From positions 736,001 to 800,000 of the forward strand of contig OZ241869.1 in the NCBI GenBank assembly GCA_965202805.1: 64,000 bases of DNA. The letters run 5' to 3'. The notes under the pieces were generated by a model that had not been told where the DNA came from, searched no databases, and worked only from the letters and a program-made list of their open reading frames with translations. Below, piece by piece: positions 27,041 through 37,777 of the stretch; position 1 is the first letter of the stretch, and each line of letters starts with the position of its first letter. The position numbers and the translations under genes were made by a program. Source of the DNA: Longimicrobiales bacterium (GTDB lineage Bacteria; Gemmatimonadota; Gemmatimonadetes; Longimicrobiales; Gaopeijiaceae).

Positions 27041-28191
27041 CAGTTCCCCCCATAACGGAGCGCCAGGCAGGTCAGGTCGTCGGACTGGGGTGCGCCGCCC
27101 GCGTGCTCGTGTACCGCGTCAACCACCCGGCGCGTCATGTCCTCGGGGTTGGCACCGGCGGCCTTCCCCAGGACCTCCAGCAGCGTGTCGTCTCCGAACT
27201 GGTTTCCGGCCTCGTCCATCGCTTCGGTCACGCCGTCCGTGTAGAAGAAGACGACGTCGCCCTCCTCCAGCTGCATCGAGTGTTGCTGATAGGGAAACTC
27301 GTCGATCACGCCGAGGACGATGCCGCTGTCTCCCGGCAGCCACGTCACCTCGCCCGAAGGCTTGACCAGACAGGGGAGGTTGTGGCCTCCGTTTACGTAT
27401 TGCAGAAGCCCCGACGCCGGATCGAGCACCGCGTAGAACATGGTTACGAACATCGACTCCTTGTTCTGTTCGTAGAGTAGCTGGTTGACCTCGGTGATGC
27501 ACTTTACGGGCTCACGTTCGCCAAGGGCGGATCCCTTGACGAGGGTTCGGCTCACCATCATGAACAGCGCGGCCGGCACCCCTTTGCCGGAGACGTCCGC
27601 GACCACCACGGCGAACCTGTCATCCTCCACCGGGAAGAAGTCGTAGAAGTCGCCGCCCACTTCCTTGGCCGGGGTCATCCATGCGTACAGGCCGTACTGC
27701 GGATGCTCCGGGAAGACCTTGGGCAGGATCGAGTCCTGCATCTGCGCCGCCACCCCGAGCTCCTGGCGCAGGGCGACGAGTTCGTCGCGAGACCGGAGCG
27801 CTTCGCGCATCACCTCCAGGTGCCGGATCGTCTTGTCGATCGTGGTCTCGAGATCGTCGAAGTTGATCGGCTTGGTGAGGAAGTCGAACGCGCCGCGATT
27901 CATGGCGGTGCGGATGTTCTCCATGTCCCCGTACGCCGTGACGATCACCGCGCGCAAGTCGAGGTCGAGGGAGTTGATCTGGCTGAGAAGCGTCAGCCCG
28001 TCCATCTCGGGCATGTTGATGTCCGACAGCACCATGTCGATGTCTTCCTGCTCGTTCAGCTTGTCGAGCGCTTCGACACCATTGCCGGCGAACACAAGCT
28101 CGATCTCGCGCCGACGCACCTTGCGCCGGAACTTCTGCCTGAGCAGAAGCTCGAGATCCGGCTCGTCGTCCACCACAAGAATCTTCTTCAT
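27040..28191 (-). CDS. Response regulator with PP2C/SpoIIE phosphatase domain (RsbU/RsbP-like)
   Basis: REC (ILVVDDE; LSDINMPEMDG; FLTKP) plus EVGGDFYD, ADVSGKGVPAA, NGGH, YTDGVTEA, QSDDLT. Confidence 0.93.
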   Translation of the reverse strand: MKKILVVDDEPDLELLLRQKFRRKVRRREIELVFAGNGVEALDKLNEQEDIDMVLSDINMPEMDGLTLLSQINSLDLDLRAVIVTAYGDMENIRTAMNRGAFDFLTKPINFDDLETTIDKTIRHLEVMREALRSRDELVALRQELGVAAQMQDSILPKVFPEHPQYGLYAWMTPAKEVGGDFYDFFPVEDDRFAVVVADVSGKGVPAALFMMVSRTLVKGSALGEREPVKCITEVNQLLYEQNKESMFVTMFYAVLDPASGLLQYVNGGHNLPCLVKPSGEVTWLPGDSGIVLGVIDEFPYQQHSMQLEEGDVVFFYTDGVTEAMDEAGNQFGDDTLLEVLGKAAGANPEDMTRRVVDAVHEHAGGAPQSDDLTCLALRYGGN

Positions 28192-28548
28192 ACGTCCTCC
28201 CGGGAGAGCAGAGACCCCGATTCCTTCCGCTGGGCCGGCGACCGTCCGGCGCAGGAGCCTGATCGGGCGTGGGCGTCGCCCAAAACTACTCGTTGTGAGC
28301 CCGTTGGCAACAAGGATCGTCGCTTGTCTGCGTCCGTGAATTGCCGGAGATCGGGTTCCGTTCCGTGCCGCCTCCGGGTCATGGCGGTTCCGGACTGTCG
28401 AGGGATGCGCATTCGAGCCTTCCGTGATAGGTTGTTAGGCCGGCAAATCCGGGAGGCCGTCGGCAGGCGGAAGCACGCCGGCGATGATGCATGGCGTGGA
28501 ACAGAGGAAGAATGGCGTAGTCGTTGCGGAACAGCGGCGGATCGACAC

Positions 28549-28968
28549 ATGGATGTCACGCTCGGGATTGATGTGGGGACGGACCAGCAGGAGCCTCGCA
28601 GGGTCGTGGAGGTTTTTGAGCGCTTTGCCACGGCAAACGGCATAAGCGACCTCGTGGTTCAGCGGTTCTGTCTGGCCCTCGACGAGGTCCTCACCAACGT
28701 CATCTCATACGGCTTCGAGGGAGTACGCGGGGAACCGAAGGTCCGAGTCGACTTCGGGTTGGGAGACGACCTCCTGGAAGTCCGCATCCAAGACAACGGA
28801 AGCTCCTTCAATCCGCTTGCCGACGCACCGCTCCCGGATTTCACGCTGTCCGTGGACGAGCGACCGATCGGTGGGCTCGGAATCCACCTTGCCAAGAACC
28901 TCGTTCACGACATATCCTATCGGCGCGAGAAAAACCGAAATTGCCTTACCCTCACACAGCCGCTGTAG
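28549..28968 (+). CDS. Anti-sigma-factor-type Ser kinase (RsbW/SpoIIAB-like)
   Basis: LALDEVLTNVISYG, IQDNGSSFNP, ERPIGGLGIHL; 3' part of listed ORF 27703..28968. Confidence 0.88.
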   Translation: MDVTLGIDVGTDQQEPRRVVEVFERFATANGISDLVVQRFCLALDEVLTNVISYGFEGVRGEPKVRVDFGLGDDLLEVRIQDNGSSFNPLADAPLPDFTLSVDERPIGGLGIHLAKNLVHDISYRREKNRNCLTLTQPL

Positions 28969-28990
28969 GCGCGACAGGGGATCCAAATCC

Positions 28991-29323
28991 GTGAAAGTCA
29001 CAGCCAGTCAGTCCGGGGACGCCGTGATCGCGGCCGTAAGCGGCCGCGTTGATTCGGTCAACGCGACCTCCTTCGAACAGGAGTTGAGCAAGGCCATGGA
29101 GGGCGGTTCCAGCCGCTTGGTCGTGGAATGCGGCGAGCTGTCGTACATCAGCAGCGCCGGCCTGCGCATTCTGCTTCTCGCCGTCAAAAAGACGCGTGCC
29201 CAGGGCGGGGGAGTCGCGCTGTGCCAGGTGCAGGACCACGTTCGGGAGGTTCTGGAGGTCAGCGGGTTCACGCGCATCATGACGGTCCGCGACACCGTCG
29301 AGCAGGCACTCGAGAGCTTCTAG
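28991..29323 (+). CDS. STAS-domain anti-anti-sigma factor (RsbV/SpoIIAA-like)
   Basis: VSGRVDSVNA, LSYISSAGLRILL (phosphoacceptor Ser), VREVLEVSGF. Confidence 0.9.
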   Translation: MKVTASQSGDAVIAAVSGRVDSVNATSFEQELSKAMEGGSSRLVVECGELSYISSAGLRILLLAVKKTRAQGGGVALCQVQDHVREVLEVSGFTRIMTVRDTVEQALESF

Positions 29324-29477
29324 GGGGATTACGGGAGCCGGCGCGCGATGCAGCTGCCGGCGCGACGGCGCCTCCTTCCGACCGGTCCCCTCTCCCATCC
29401 AGCCGCGTGACGCGCGGCCTCCCTTCCGCTCCGGCGATGGTTGCCGGTGTCCCCGCCTCTCGATTCCGGTTTCCGGG

Positions 29478-30632
29478 CTAGAAGTACGTGAACGCCTGGA
29501 CCTTGAGCGACCACTCGGTGCGGTCGAGCGATGAGCGGTAGATGTCCAGGTTGGTGGATATCCCGTTCTTTCCGAAGGCGTACAGCATGAAGCCGGGGGT
29601 GATGGTGAAGCCGGAAAAGTCCTCGCCATCGGCATCCGCTGTGCTGGCCCAACTGAGGCGCAACAGGGGCTCGATGGCTTCGAACCGGGCGGTCTCCGGC
29701 AGCCGCGCATACCAAAGACCCATCGCCTGGAATGCCGTGAACGGGGTATCCCTGTCCACCTTCCAGTTCCGTCCCCGGATGGCCCCCAGCAGCAGGTGAC
29801 CTCCGTCGCGCCACGTGCCTGCCTCGAACTCCAGACCGTAGGCCGGGGTCCAGCCCGACCCGTAGTCGAAACGGGTCTCGTCGAATGAGGCGTAGACAGC
29901 GAAGCGGCTGGCGTCGGTGAGGTCGAAGGACAGCTGCGTGGTGGTTGACTTCCAGTTGTTCGTATCCCGGTTGTCGATGCCCTCCCCGTTGGTGAGCGTC
30001 ACGCGGTAGCTCGCGCGGCTGCCCAGGCGGCCCGTCATCAGCAACCCGGGCTCGTACCCGTTGAGTCCGAGCCGGAACGCCAGGTTGCCGAAGGAACAGA
30101 CTCCTCCGATTCCCGGGCAATCGTCGACGCCCGAGACCCTGGCGTCACGTTCGATAAGGGGCAGGTCGGAATTCGGAACCAGCCAGAAGTAGGAGATTCC
30201 GCGCTTGAACTGTCCCATGTTGAGGACGAAGGCTTCCGAGAAGCTCAACGTGAGCCATGCGTCCAGCACGGTCCCCCCCCGGAGAGCTTCGAACTGGAGG
30301 CGGCCGGAGACGAAGTCGTTGTAGCGCCCGTCCAAGGTGATCCAGCCGCGCCGCATGGAGAACGACGAGACGGCACCCTCGGCGCTCGGTGCCTCGTACT
30401 GCGCGTGCACGCGCGCATCAAATGAAACGCTGGAACCGCCATAGGACCTGAACGGGGGATCCTGGGCTTCCAGGGAGGTGGCGAGAAGACCTGCGGCCGC
30501 CAGCAGGACGGTAGCGAGCGCCGTCCGCCGCGACCGCGACCGTCCCGTCCCCGTCCCTTTCCGCCGGTTCCGCTGGACGCTGCCGCGCGCAGCCGTCTCG
30601 ACGCCGGCCCTTCTCGCTGTGTGCATCGTCAT
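29478..30632 (-). CDS. Porin, OprO/OprP-like outer-membrane barrel
   Basis: Signal peptide, FSMRRGWITLDG, LDAWLT, GQFK, NGEG, C-terminal Phe (QAFTYF); exact start uncertain. Confidence 0.75.
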   Translation of the reverse strand: MTMHTARRAGVETAARGSVQRNRRKGTGTGRSRSRRTALATVLLAAAGLLATSLEAQDPPFRSYGGSSVSFDARVHAQYEAPSAEGAVSSFSMRRGWITLDGRYNDFVSGRLQFEALRGGTVLDAWLTLSFSEAFVLNMGQFKRGISYFWLVPNSDLPLIERDARVSGVDDCPGIGGVCSFGNLAFRLGLNGYEPGLLMTGRLGSRASYRVTLTNGEGIDNRDTNNWKSTTTQLSFDLTDASRFAVYASFDETRFDYGSGWTPAYGLEFEAGTWRDGGHLLLGAIRGRNWKVDRDTPFTAFQAMGLWYARLPETARFEAIEPLLRLSWASTADADGEDFSGFTITPGFMLYAFGKNGISTNLDIYRSSLDRTEWSLKVQAFTYF

Positions 30633-30689
30633 CGTGGTCTCCTCGACGTTGTGCGGGAGCGATCCCGCGGCATCTCCGGTTCCCCTGTA

Positions 30690-32606
<1,917 letters not shown>

Positions 32607-32748
32607 GGTTCGGGGGCGCTGGCGTCGAACGCCGCGGGACTCCTCGGGCGACAACCCGACGTTCCGCGCGGGTGCGCCAGAAAGATCCCCTCACCGGAGT
32701 GATTTGGGAATAGGCAGTGATGATGAGCCTGGCGGGACGGTGATTTCC

Positions 32749-32778
32749 TTGATTCGGTCCCGCGGTTGCAGGTACATT
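32749..32778 (+). promoter_or_regulatory. Putative promoter(s) for the thpR operon
   Basis: TTGATT-18nt-TACATT (sigma-70-like) enclosing CGGTCCCGCGGTTGCA (GG-N10-GC, sigma-54-like). Confidence 0.35.
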
Positions 32779-32858
32779 AATTTCCGCTTCGCGACAATTG
32801 CTGCGTAGCGACGCGTTCCTGCAACCATCTCCGGCCACCCACGCCTTCCGAGTCCCGC

Positions 32859-33443
32859 ATGCGACTTTTCATCGCGCTGAATCTGACCGATGGCGCGAAG
32901 GAAGGCGTTTACAACGCGGCTCGACCCCTAAGGGAAGCCGGTCTGCCCGTGCGTTGGCTGGATCCCGCCACCTACCATCTGACCCTGAAGTTCCTGGGCA
33001 ACCCGCACCCGGATCTGACGTCCCATCTGTCGACGGCAATCGACGAAGTCGGCGGCAAGAACCGGCCCTTCTCGATGGAGATCCGCGGGTTCGGCGCCTT
33101 TCCCACGATTCGCCGCCCAAGGGTGCTCTGGGCGGGCGTGGAACCGGTTCTCGCCCTTCGCTGTCTCAAGCAGGACGTGGAGTGGGGGCTGGCCAGCCTG
33201 GGCTTCAGCAGGGAGACGAGCGCCTTCCATCCTCACATCACCGTGGGGCGCGCCAGGGCGGAGACCGGGGCCGGCGCCTTCCGGGGACTGGATGCACTGG
33301 CTGCCGATCTTGACTTCCGGCATCAAATCGACGTGACGTCCCTGGAGCTCATGCGCAGTCACCTCTCCCGCGCGGGAGCCCGCTACAGCGTCCTGTCCTC
33401 GGCGGCGCTCAAGCCCGCGGAGTCGGCGCGGTCCGGCGCCTGA
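32859..33443 (+). CDS. thpR: RNA 2',3'-cyclic phosphodiesterase (2H phosphoesterase)
   Basis: MRLFIA start; two HxT motifs (YHLTLKFLG, PHITVGR). Confidence 0.92.
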   Translation: MRLFIALNLTDGAKEGVYNAARPLREAGLPVRWLDPATYHLTLKFLGNPHPDLTSHLSTAIDEVGGKNRPFSMEIRGFGAFPTIRRPRVLWAGVEPVLALRCLKQDVEWGLASLGFSRETSAFHPHITVGRARAETGAGAFRGLDALAADLDFRHQIDVTSLELMRSHLSRAGARYSVLSSAALKPAESARSGA

Positions 33444-33494
33444 CGACCACGATCCCCCGCGAGATTCCCGGTACTCCGCACCTGACACGACTTC

Positions 33495-34850
33495 ATGGCA
33501 AACATCCTGATCGTCGACGACGACGCGTCCGTCAGCGGCGCATTGCGCCAGGTGTTTGAATACGAGTCGCACCGCGTGATCATCGCCCCCAACGGCCCCG
33601 CTGGCCTCGAGCGCCTCGTCGACGACAATCCCGATGTCGTCTTTCTCGACGTCAAGATGCCGGAGATGGACGGCCTGGAGGTCCTCACGAGGATGCGGAA
33701 GCTGGATTCCCGGACCCCGGTGATCATGATCAGCGGCCACGGGAACATCGATACCGCCGTGGAGGCCACGCGCAGGGGCGCGTACGATTTCCTGGAGAAG
33801 CCGCTCGACACGGCGCGCCTCTTCGTCACCCTGCGCAACGCCCTGGACATGCACGGGCTCAAGCGCAGCGTCGAATCGCTTCAGACCGAAGTGGAGAGCC
33901 GATATGAAATCGTCGGCTCCTCGCCCCGGATTCGTCAGATGCTGATGCGCATCGAGAAGGTGGCTCCGACCCGGGCGCGCGTGCTCATCACCGGCGAAAA
34001 CGGCACGGGAAAGGAACTGGTGGCCCGGGCGGTCCACAGGCTCTCGGACCGGCGCGACCGGCCTTTCGTGGAGGTGAACTGCGCCGCGATCCCCTCCGAG
34101 CTCATCGAATCGGAGCTCTTTGGCCACATGAAGGGGTCCTTCACCGGCGCGGTGGCGGATCGCGCGGGGAAGTTCGAGCAGGCAGACGGCGGCACGCTCT
34201 TCCTGGACGAGATCGGAGACATGTCCTTCGCGGCCCAGGCGAAGGTGCTGCGCGTGCTCGAAGAGGGCGTCGTGGTCCGAGTGGGGGGTGCCCGGCCCAA
34301 GCGGGTGGACGTGCGCGTCATCGCGGCCACCAACAAGGACCTTGCGGAGGAAATCAGAAGCGACCGATTCCGGGAGGACCTCTACTATCGCCTTAACGTC
34401 GTTCCCATCGAACTTCCTCCGCTCCGGGAGCGGCGGGACGACATTCCCATGCTCGTGAAGCACTTCACGACGCTGATGGTGCGGACCGGACGGGCATCCC
34501 GAAAGCACTTGACGGAGGGTGCCCTGAGCCGGCTCAAGGCGATGGACTGGCCGGGCAACGTACGCCAGCTGCGCAACGCCGTGGAGCGCTTCCTGATTCT
34601 CTCGGAGGGCGACGAGATCCGGACGAAGGACGTTCGAATGCTCTCGGGAGGCAGCCCGGGCGCGGTCGTCCGGGAGCTGCTGGCCTCTCCTTCCTTCGCC
34701 GATTTCAAGGACCGTGCGGAGCAGACGTTCATCGAGCACAAGCTGCGCGAGAACGACTGGAACATCACCGAGACCGCCCGGTCGGTGGGCATGCCCCGCT
34801 CCAACCTCTACAAGAAGATCAACAAGTACGGGCTGGAGCGGGAGTCGTGA
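33495..34850 (+). CDS. Sigma-54-dependent response regulator (NtrX/ZraR-like)
   Basis: REC domain; GENGTGKE; ESELFGHMKGSFTGA; FLDEIGDM; FREDLYYRLNV; WPGNVRQL; Fis-type HTH. Confidence 0.94.
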   Translation: MANILIVDDDASVSGALRQVFEYESHRVIIAPNGPAGLERLVDDNPDVVFLDVKMPEMDGLEVLTRMRKLDSRTPVIMISGHGNIDTAVEATRRGAYDFLEKPLDTARLFVTLRNALDMHGLKRSVESLQTEVESRYEIVGSSPRIRQMLMRIEKVAPTRARVLITGENGTGKELVARAVHRLSDRRDRPFVEVNCAAIPSELIESELFGHMKGSFTGAVADRAGKFEQADGGTLFLDEIGDMSFAAQAKVLRVLEEGVVVRVGGARPKRVDVRVIAATNKDLAEEIRSDRFREDLYYRLNVVPIELPPLRERRDDIPMLVKHFTTLMVRTGRASRKHLTEGALSRLKAMDWPGNVRQLRNAVERFLILSEGDEIRTKDVRMLSGGSPGAVVRELLASPSFADFKDRAEQTFIEHKLRENDWNITETARSVGMPRSNLYKKINKYGLERES

Positions 34851-35641
34851 CACAGGCTGCGGGGCGGGCGCGGAAGGACGGGAGTCCGTCGCGGACCGGT
34901 GACGGAGCGGAGGATGACGGACGCGACGCCAGGCCCGCGGCGGAAGAACCCGTGAAGTCGCTGGCCCGGACCGCGTGGGAGTGGTGCCGGTCGGTTCTGA
35001 TCGCATTCGCGCTCTTCCTGGTCATCCGGTCCTTTCTGGTAGAGGCCTTCAAGATTCCCACCGCGTCCATGGAGAACACCCTGCTGGTGGGGGACTTTCT
35101 GGTGGTCAACAAGGCGGTGTACGGCGCCGAGGTTCCGGGGACATCGCTGCACCTTCCCGCTTTCGCGGCACTCGAACGGGGCGACGTCATCGTGTTCACG
35201 CCTCCGCACGAGTCCGGAAAGAACTATGTGAAGCGCGTGGTCGGGGCGCCGGGGGATGTGCTGGAGATGCGGGCCAAGAAGCTGTACCTGAACCACGTGG
35301 AGCATGACGAGCCCTACGTCCGACACGTGGATCCGAGGCGTGACGAGTTCCACCCCGACATGGCGTGGCAGGCGGATTTCCTCGCCGGCGGCCGCGACCG
35401 GGCCTCCTACCGGCCGACACGGGACAACTGGGGTCCGATCCGGGTTCCGGAGGACAGCTATTTCGTCCTCGGAGACAACCGGGACAACAGCGAGGACTCG
35501 CGCTACTGGGGATTCGTCGACAAGGATTCGGTGCGCGGCCGGCCCTGGTTCGTCTATTATTCCTTCGACCCGTCATCCGATGAGGGGGCCGCGTGGATGA
35601 AGGACGTGCGCTGGGGCAGGATCGGCGGGCTCGTCCGGTAG
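34847..35641 (+). CDS. lepB: Signal peptidase I
   Basis: IPTASMENTL (Ser), YVKRVVG (Lys), GDNRDNSEDSRYWG. Confidence 0.95.
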   Translation: MTQAAGRARKDGSPSRTGDGAEDDGRDARPAAEEPVKSLARTAWEWCRSVLIAFALFLVIRSFLVEAFKIPTASMENTLLVGDFLVVNKAVYGAEVPGTSLHLPAFAALERGDVIVFTPPHESGKNYVKRVVGAPGDVLEMRAKKLYLNHVEHDEPYVRHVDPRRDEFHPDMAWQADFLAGGRDRASYRPTRDNWGPIRVPEDSYFVLGDNRDNSEDSRYWGFVDKDSVRGRPWFVYYSFDPSSDEGAAWMKDVRWGRIGGLVR

Positions 35642-35660
35642 CCGTGGAAGAGATGGCTGG

Positions 35661-35689
35661 TTGACACCATGCGGCCTCTCTGATACCCT
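35661..35689 (+). promoter_or_regulatory. Sigma-70-type promoter of the rplM operon
   Basis: TTGACA-17nt-TACCCT with a TG extended -10 element. Confidence 0.65.
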
Positions 35690-35780
35690 TGACTGCTTTG
35701 TTGCCCTACATCCGTGGAACTCGACGCGAGAGCGAGACTGCGGAGGGACGTCTCCCCCGGAAATCGCGGGTGAACCGTAC

Positions 35781-36209
35781 GTGAAGACATATACGCCCAA
35801 GGCGAGCGACATCGAGCACCAGTGGTGGGTGGTCGATGCGGCGGGACAGCCGCTGGGGCGCCTCGCGGCGCAGATCGCACGCGTGCTGCGCGGCAAGCAC
35901 AAGCCCATCTTCACGCCTCATCTGGACACGGGAGACAACGTGGTGGTGATCAACGCCGCCCGCGTGAAGCTCACCGGCAACAAGGCGGCGCAGAAGACCT
36001 ACTTCCGTCATTCGGGCTATATGGGCGGCGAGCGCCATATTCCCTTCAAGACGATGTTGGAGCGGCATCCCGAGCGGGTGATCGAGCGCGCCGTACGCGG
36101 CATGCTCCCGAAGGCGCGGCTGGGTCGCCGGCTCCGGCGGCGGTTGCGCGTCTACGCGGGAGCCGAGCATCCCCATCATGGGCAGCGTCCGCGCCCACTC
36201 ACGTTCTGA
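35781..36209 (+). CDS. rplM: 50S ribosomal protein L13
   Basis: WWVVDA, LGRLA, LRGKHKPIFTPHLDTGD, HSGYMGG, AVRGMLPK; GTG start. Confidence 0.97.
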   Translation: MKTYTPKASDIEHQWWVVDAAGQPLGRLAAQIARVLRGKHKPIFTPHLDTGDNVVVINAARVKLTGNKAAQKTYFRHSGYMGGERHIPFKTMLERHPERVIERAVRGMLPKARLGRRLRRRLRVYAGAEHPHHGQRPRPLTF

Positions 36210-36222
36210 GGTCACGGGTTCA

Positions 36223-36618
36223 TTGCCATACGTACAGCAGATCCAGGCGGTAGGCCGGCGCAAGACCAGCGTCGCACGCGTCATGCTGCGACCGGGTACC
36301 GGAAGGTGGCTGGTCAACGGTCGGGAACTGGAGGATTATTTTCCGCGGCTCGTGCATCGGAAGCGCGCCACCGAGCCGATGCAGGTCACTGACGCCGATG
36401 CCCGCTTCGACGTTGTGGTTCGCGTGCATGGGGGTGGGGTGACCGGTCAGGCCGACGCCATCCGCCTGGGCGTGGCGCGCGCGCTGGTGGAAGAGGACGA
36501 AGACGCCATGGGCCCGCTTCGCCAGGGCGGGTTCCTTTCACGTGATCCGCGCAAGGTGGAGCGCAAGAAGCCCGGCCGTCCCAAGGCCCGCAAGCGCTTC
36601 CAGTTCAGCAAGCGATAA
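36223..36618 (+). CDS. rpsI: 30S ribosomal protein S9
   Basis: GRRKTSVARV, GGGVTGQADAIRLGVARAL, ERKKPG, QFSKR; probable TTG start after GAGGT. Confidence 0.97.
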   Translation: MPYVQQIQAVGRRKTSVARVMLRPGTGRWLVNGRELEDYFPRLVHRKRATEPMQVTDADARFDVVVRVHGGGVTGQADAIRLGVARALVEEDEDAMGPLRQGGFLSRDPRKVERKKPGRPKARKRFQFSKR

Positions 36619-36642
36619 ACCCGACGACTGCCTGGGAGACGC

Positions 36643-37665
36643 ATGGAGCAGGTTTCTCTGAACCAGATGCTTGAGGCCGGGGTCCACTTCGGACACCAGA
36701 CTCGCCGGTGGAACCCCAAGATGCGCCGTTTCATCTTCACGGAGCGGAACGGCATCCACATCATCGACCTGCGCAAGACCTTCGACCGACTGATCGCGGC
36801 CCAGAAGGTCGCACGCCAACTGGTTCTCGCGGGCGAACGCCTGCTGTTCGTCTGCACCAAGCCGCAGTTGCGCGGAATCATCGAGGAGGACGCCGCCCGG
36901 TCCCGGAGCCTGTTCGTGACGGAGCGCTGGCTGGGTGGAATGCTCACCAATTTCCAGACCATCCGCCGCCAGATCCGGCGCCTGAAGGAACTGGAGCGGG
37001 GGCAGGAGGAAAACGCCTTCGAGTTCTACACCAAGAAGGAGCGCCTTCTGCTCGAGCGGGAGCGGCTGAAGCTGGAGAAGTACTTTTCCGGGGTCAAGGA
37101 CATGACCCGGCTCCCGGGTGCCGTCTTCGTGGTCGACGCGCGCCGGGAAGCGATCGCGGTCAGAGAAGCCCACCGACTCGGCATCCCGGTCATCGCCATC
37201 GCCGACACCAACGCCGATCCGGATCTCATCACCTACCCGATTCCGGGGAACGACGACGCCATACGCTCGGTCAGCCTGATCAGCGGCGCCATCGCCGAGG
37301 CGATCAGCCAGGCCCGCGAGGAGGTGCCGGAGGAGGAGCGCCGCCGGGTAGAGGACCTGGAGGCCACGACGTATTCGACCGAAACGGGCGAGAAGGCGGC
37401 CGCGGTGGAGGGGCACCCGCGGCGTCGCGCGCGCCGTCGGCCGCGTCCGGGCATCATCGCCGAGCACAAGAAGGGCGGTGGCGCCGGGGATGCGCCGAAG
37501 CGAGTCAGGAAGGCCCGTGTGCTGGTCAGGCAACCGGGGCGCGATGCGGACAAATCGCGTTCCGGCGAAGCACCGGCGAAGGCGTCGACCGCCCCGGAAG
37601 CCGACCCGAAGCCGTCCCGGGTCAGGCGCGCGCCTCCCCAACCGGTAGCGTCCCGGACCAGGTGA
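36643..37665 (+). CDS. rpsB: 30S ribosomal protein S2 with C-terminal extension
   Basis: LEAGVHFGHQTRRWNPKM, RWLGGMLTN, IPGNDDAIRS. Confidence 0.97.
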   Translation: MEQVSLNQMLEAGVHFGHQTRRWNPKMRRFIFTERNGIHIIDLRKTFDRLIAAQKVARQLVLAGERLLFVCTKPQLRGIIEEDAARSRSLFVTERWLGGMLTNFQTIRRQIRRLKELERGQEENAFEFYTKKERLLLERERLKLEKYFSGVKDMTRLPGAVFVVDARREAIAVREAHRLGIPVIAIADTNADPDLITYPIPGNDDAIRSVSLISGAIAEAISQAREEVPEEERRRVEDLEATTYSTETGEKAAAVEGHPRRRARRRPRPGIIAEHKKGGGAGDAPKRVRKARVLVRQPGRDADKSRSGEAPAKASTAPEADPKPSRVRRAPPQPVASRTR

Positions 37666-37777
37666 CCCTCCTTCCGGCGAGTGCCGGACAGGGAAGTACA
37701 GTCCCGGGTCGCGGGGAAGGATCACCATCGGGTCCCGCGCCCCGCAACCTCGAAACGACCCCAGGCGGATACTGCAC

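Noticed and set aside
32607..32760. Possible ZTP (pfl) or THF riboswitch upstream of fhs
   Set aside because: Only short hairpins seen (e.g. TCGGG-N6-CCCGA); I could not match the conserved riboswitch motifs by eye. An Rfam/Infernal scan would settle it
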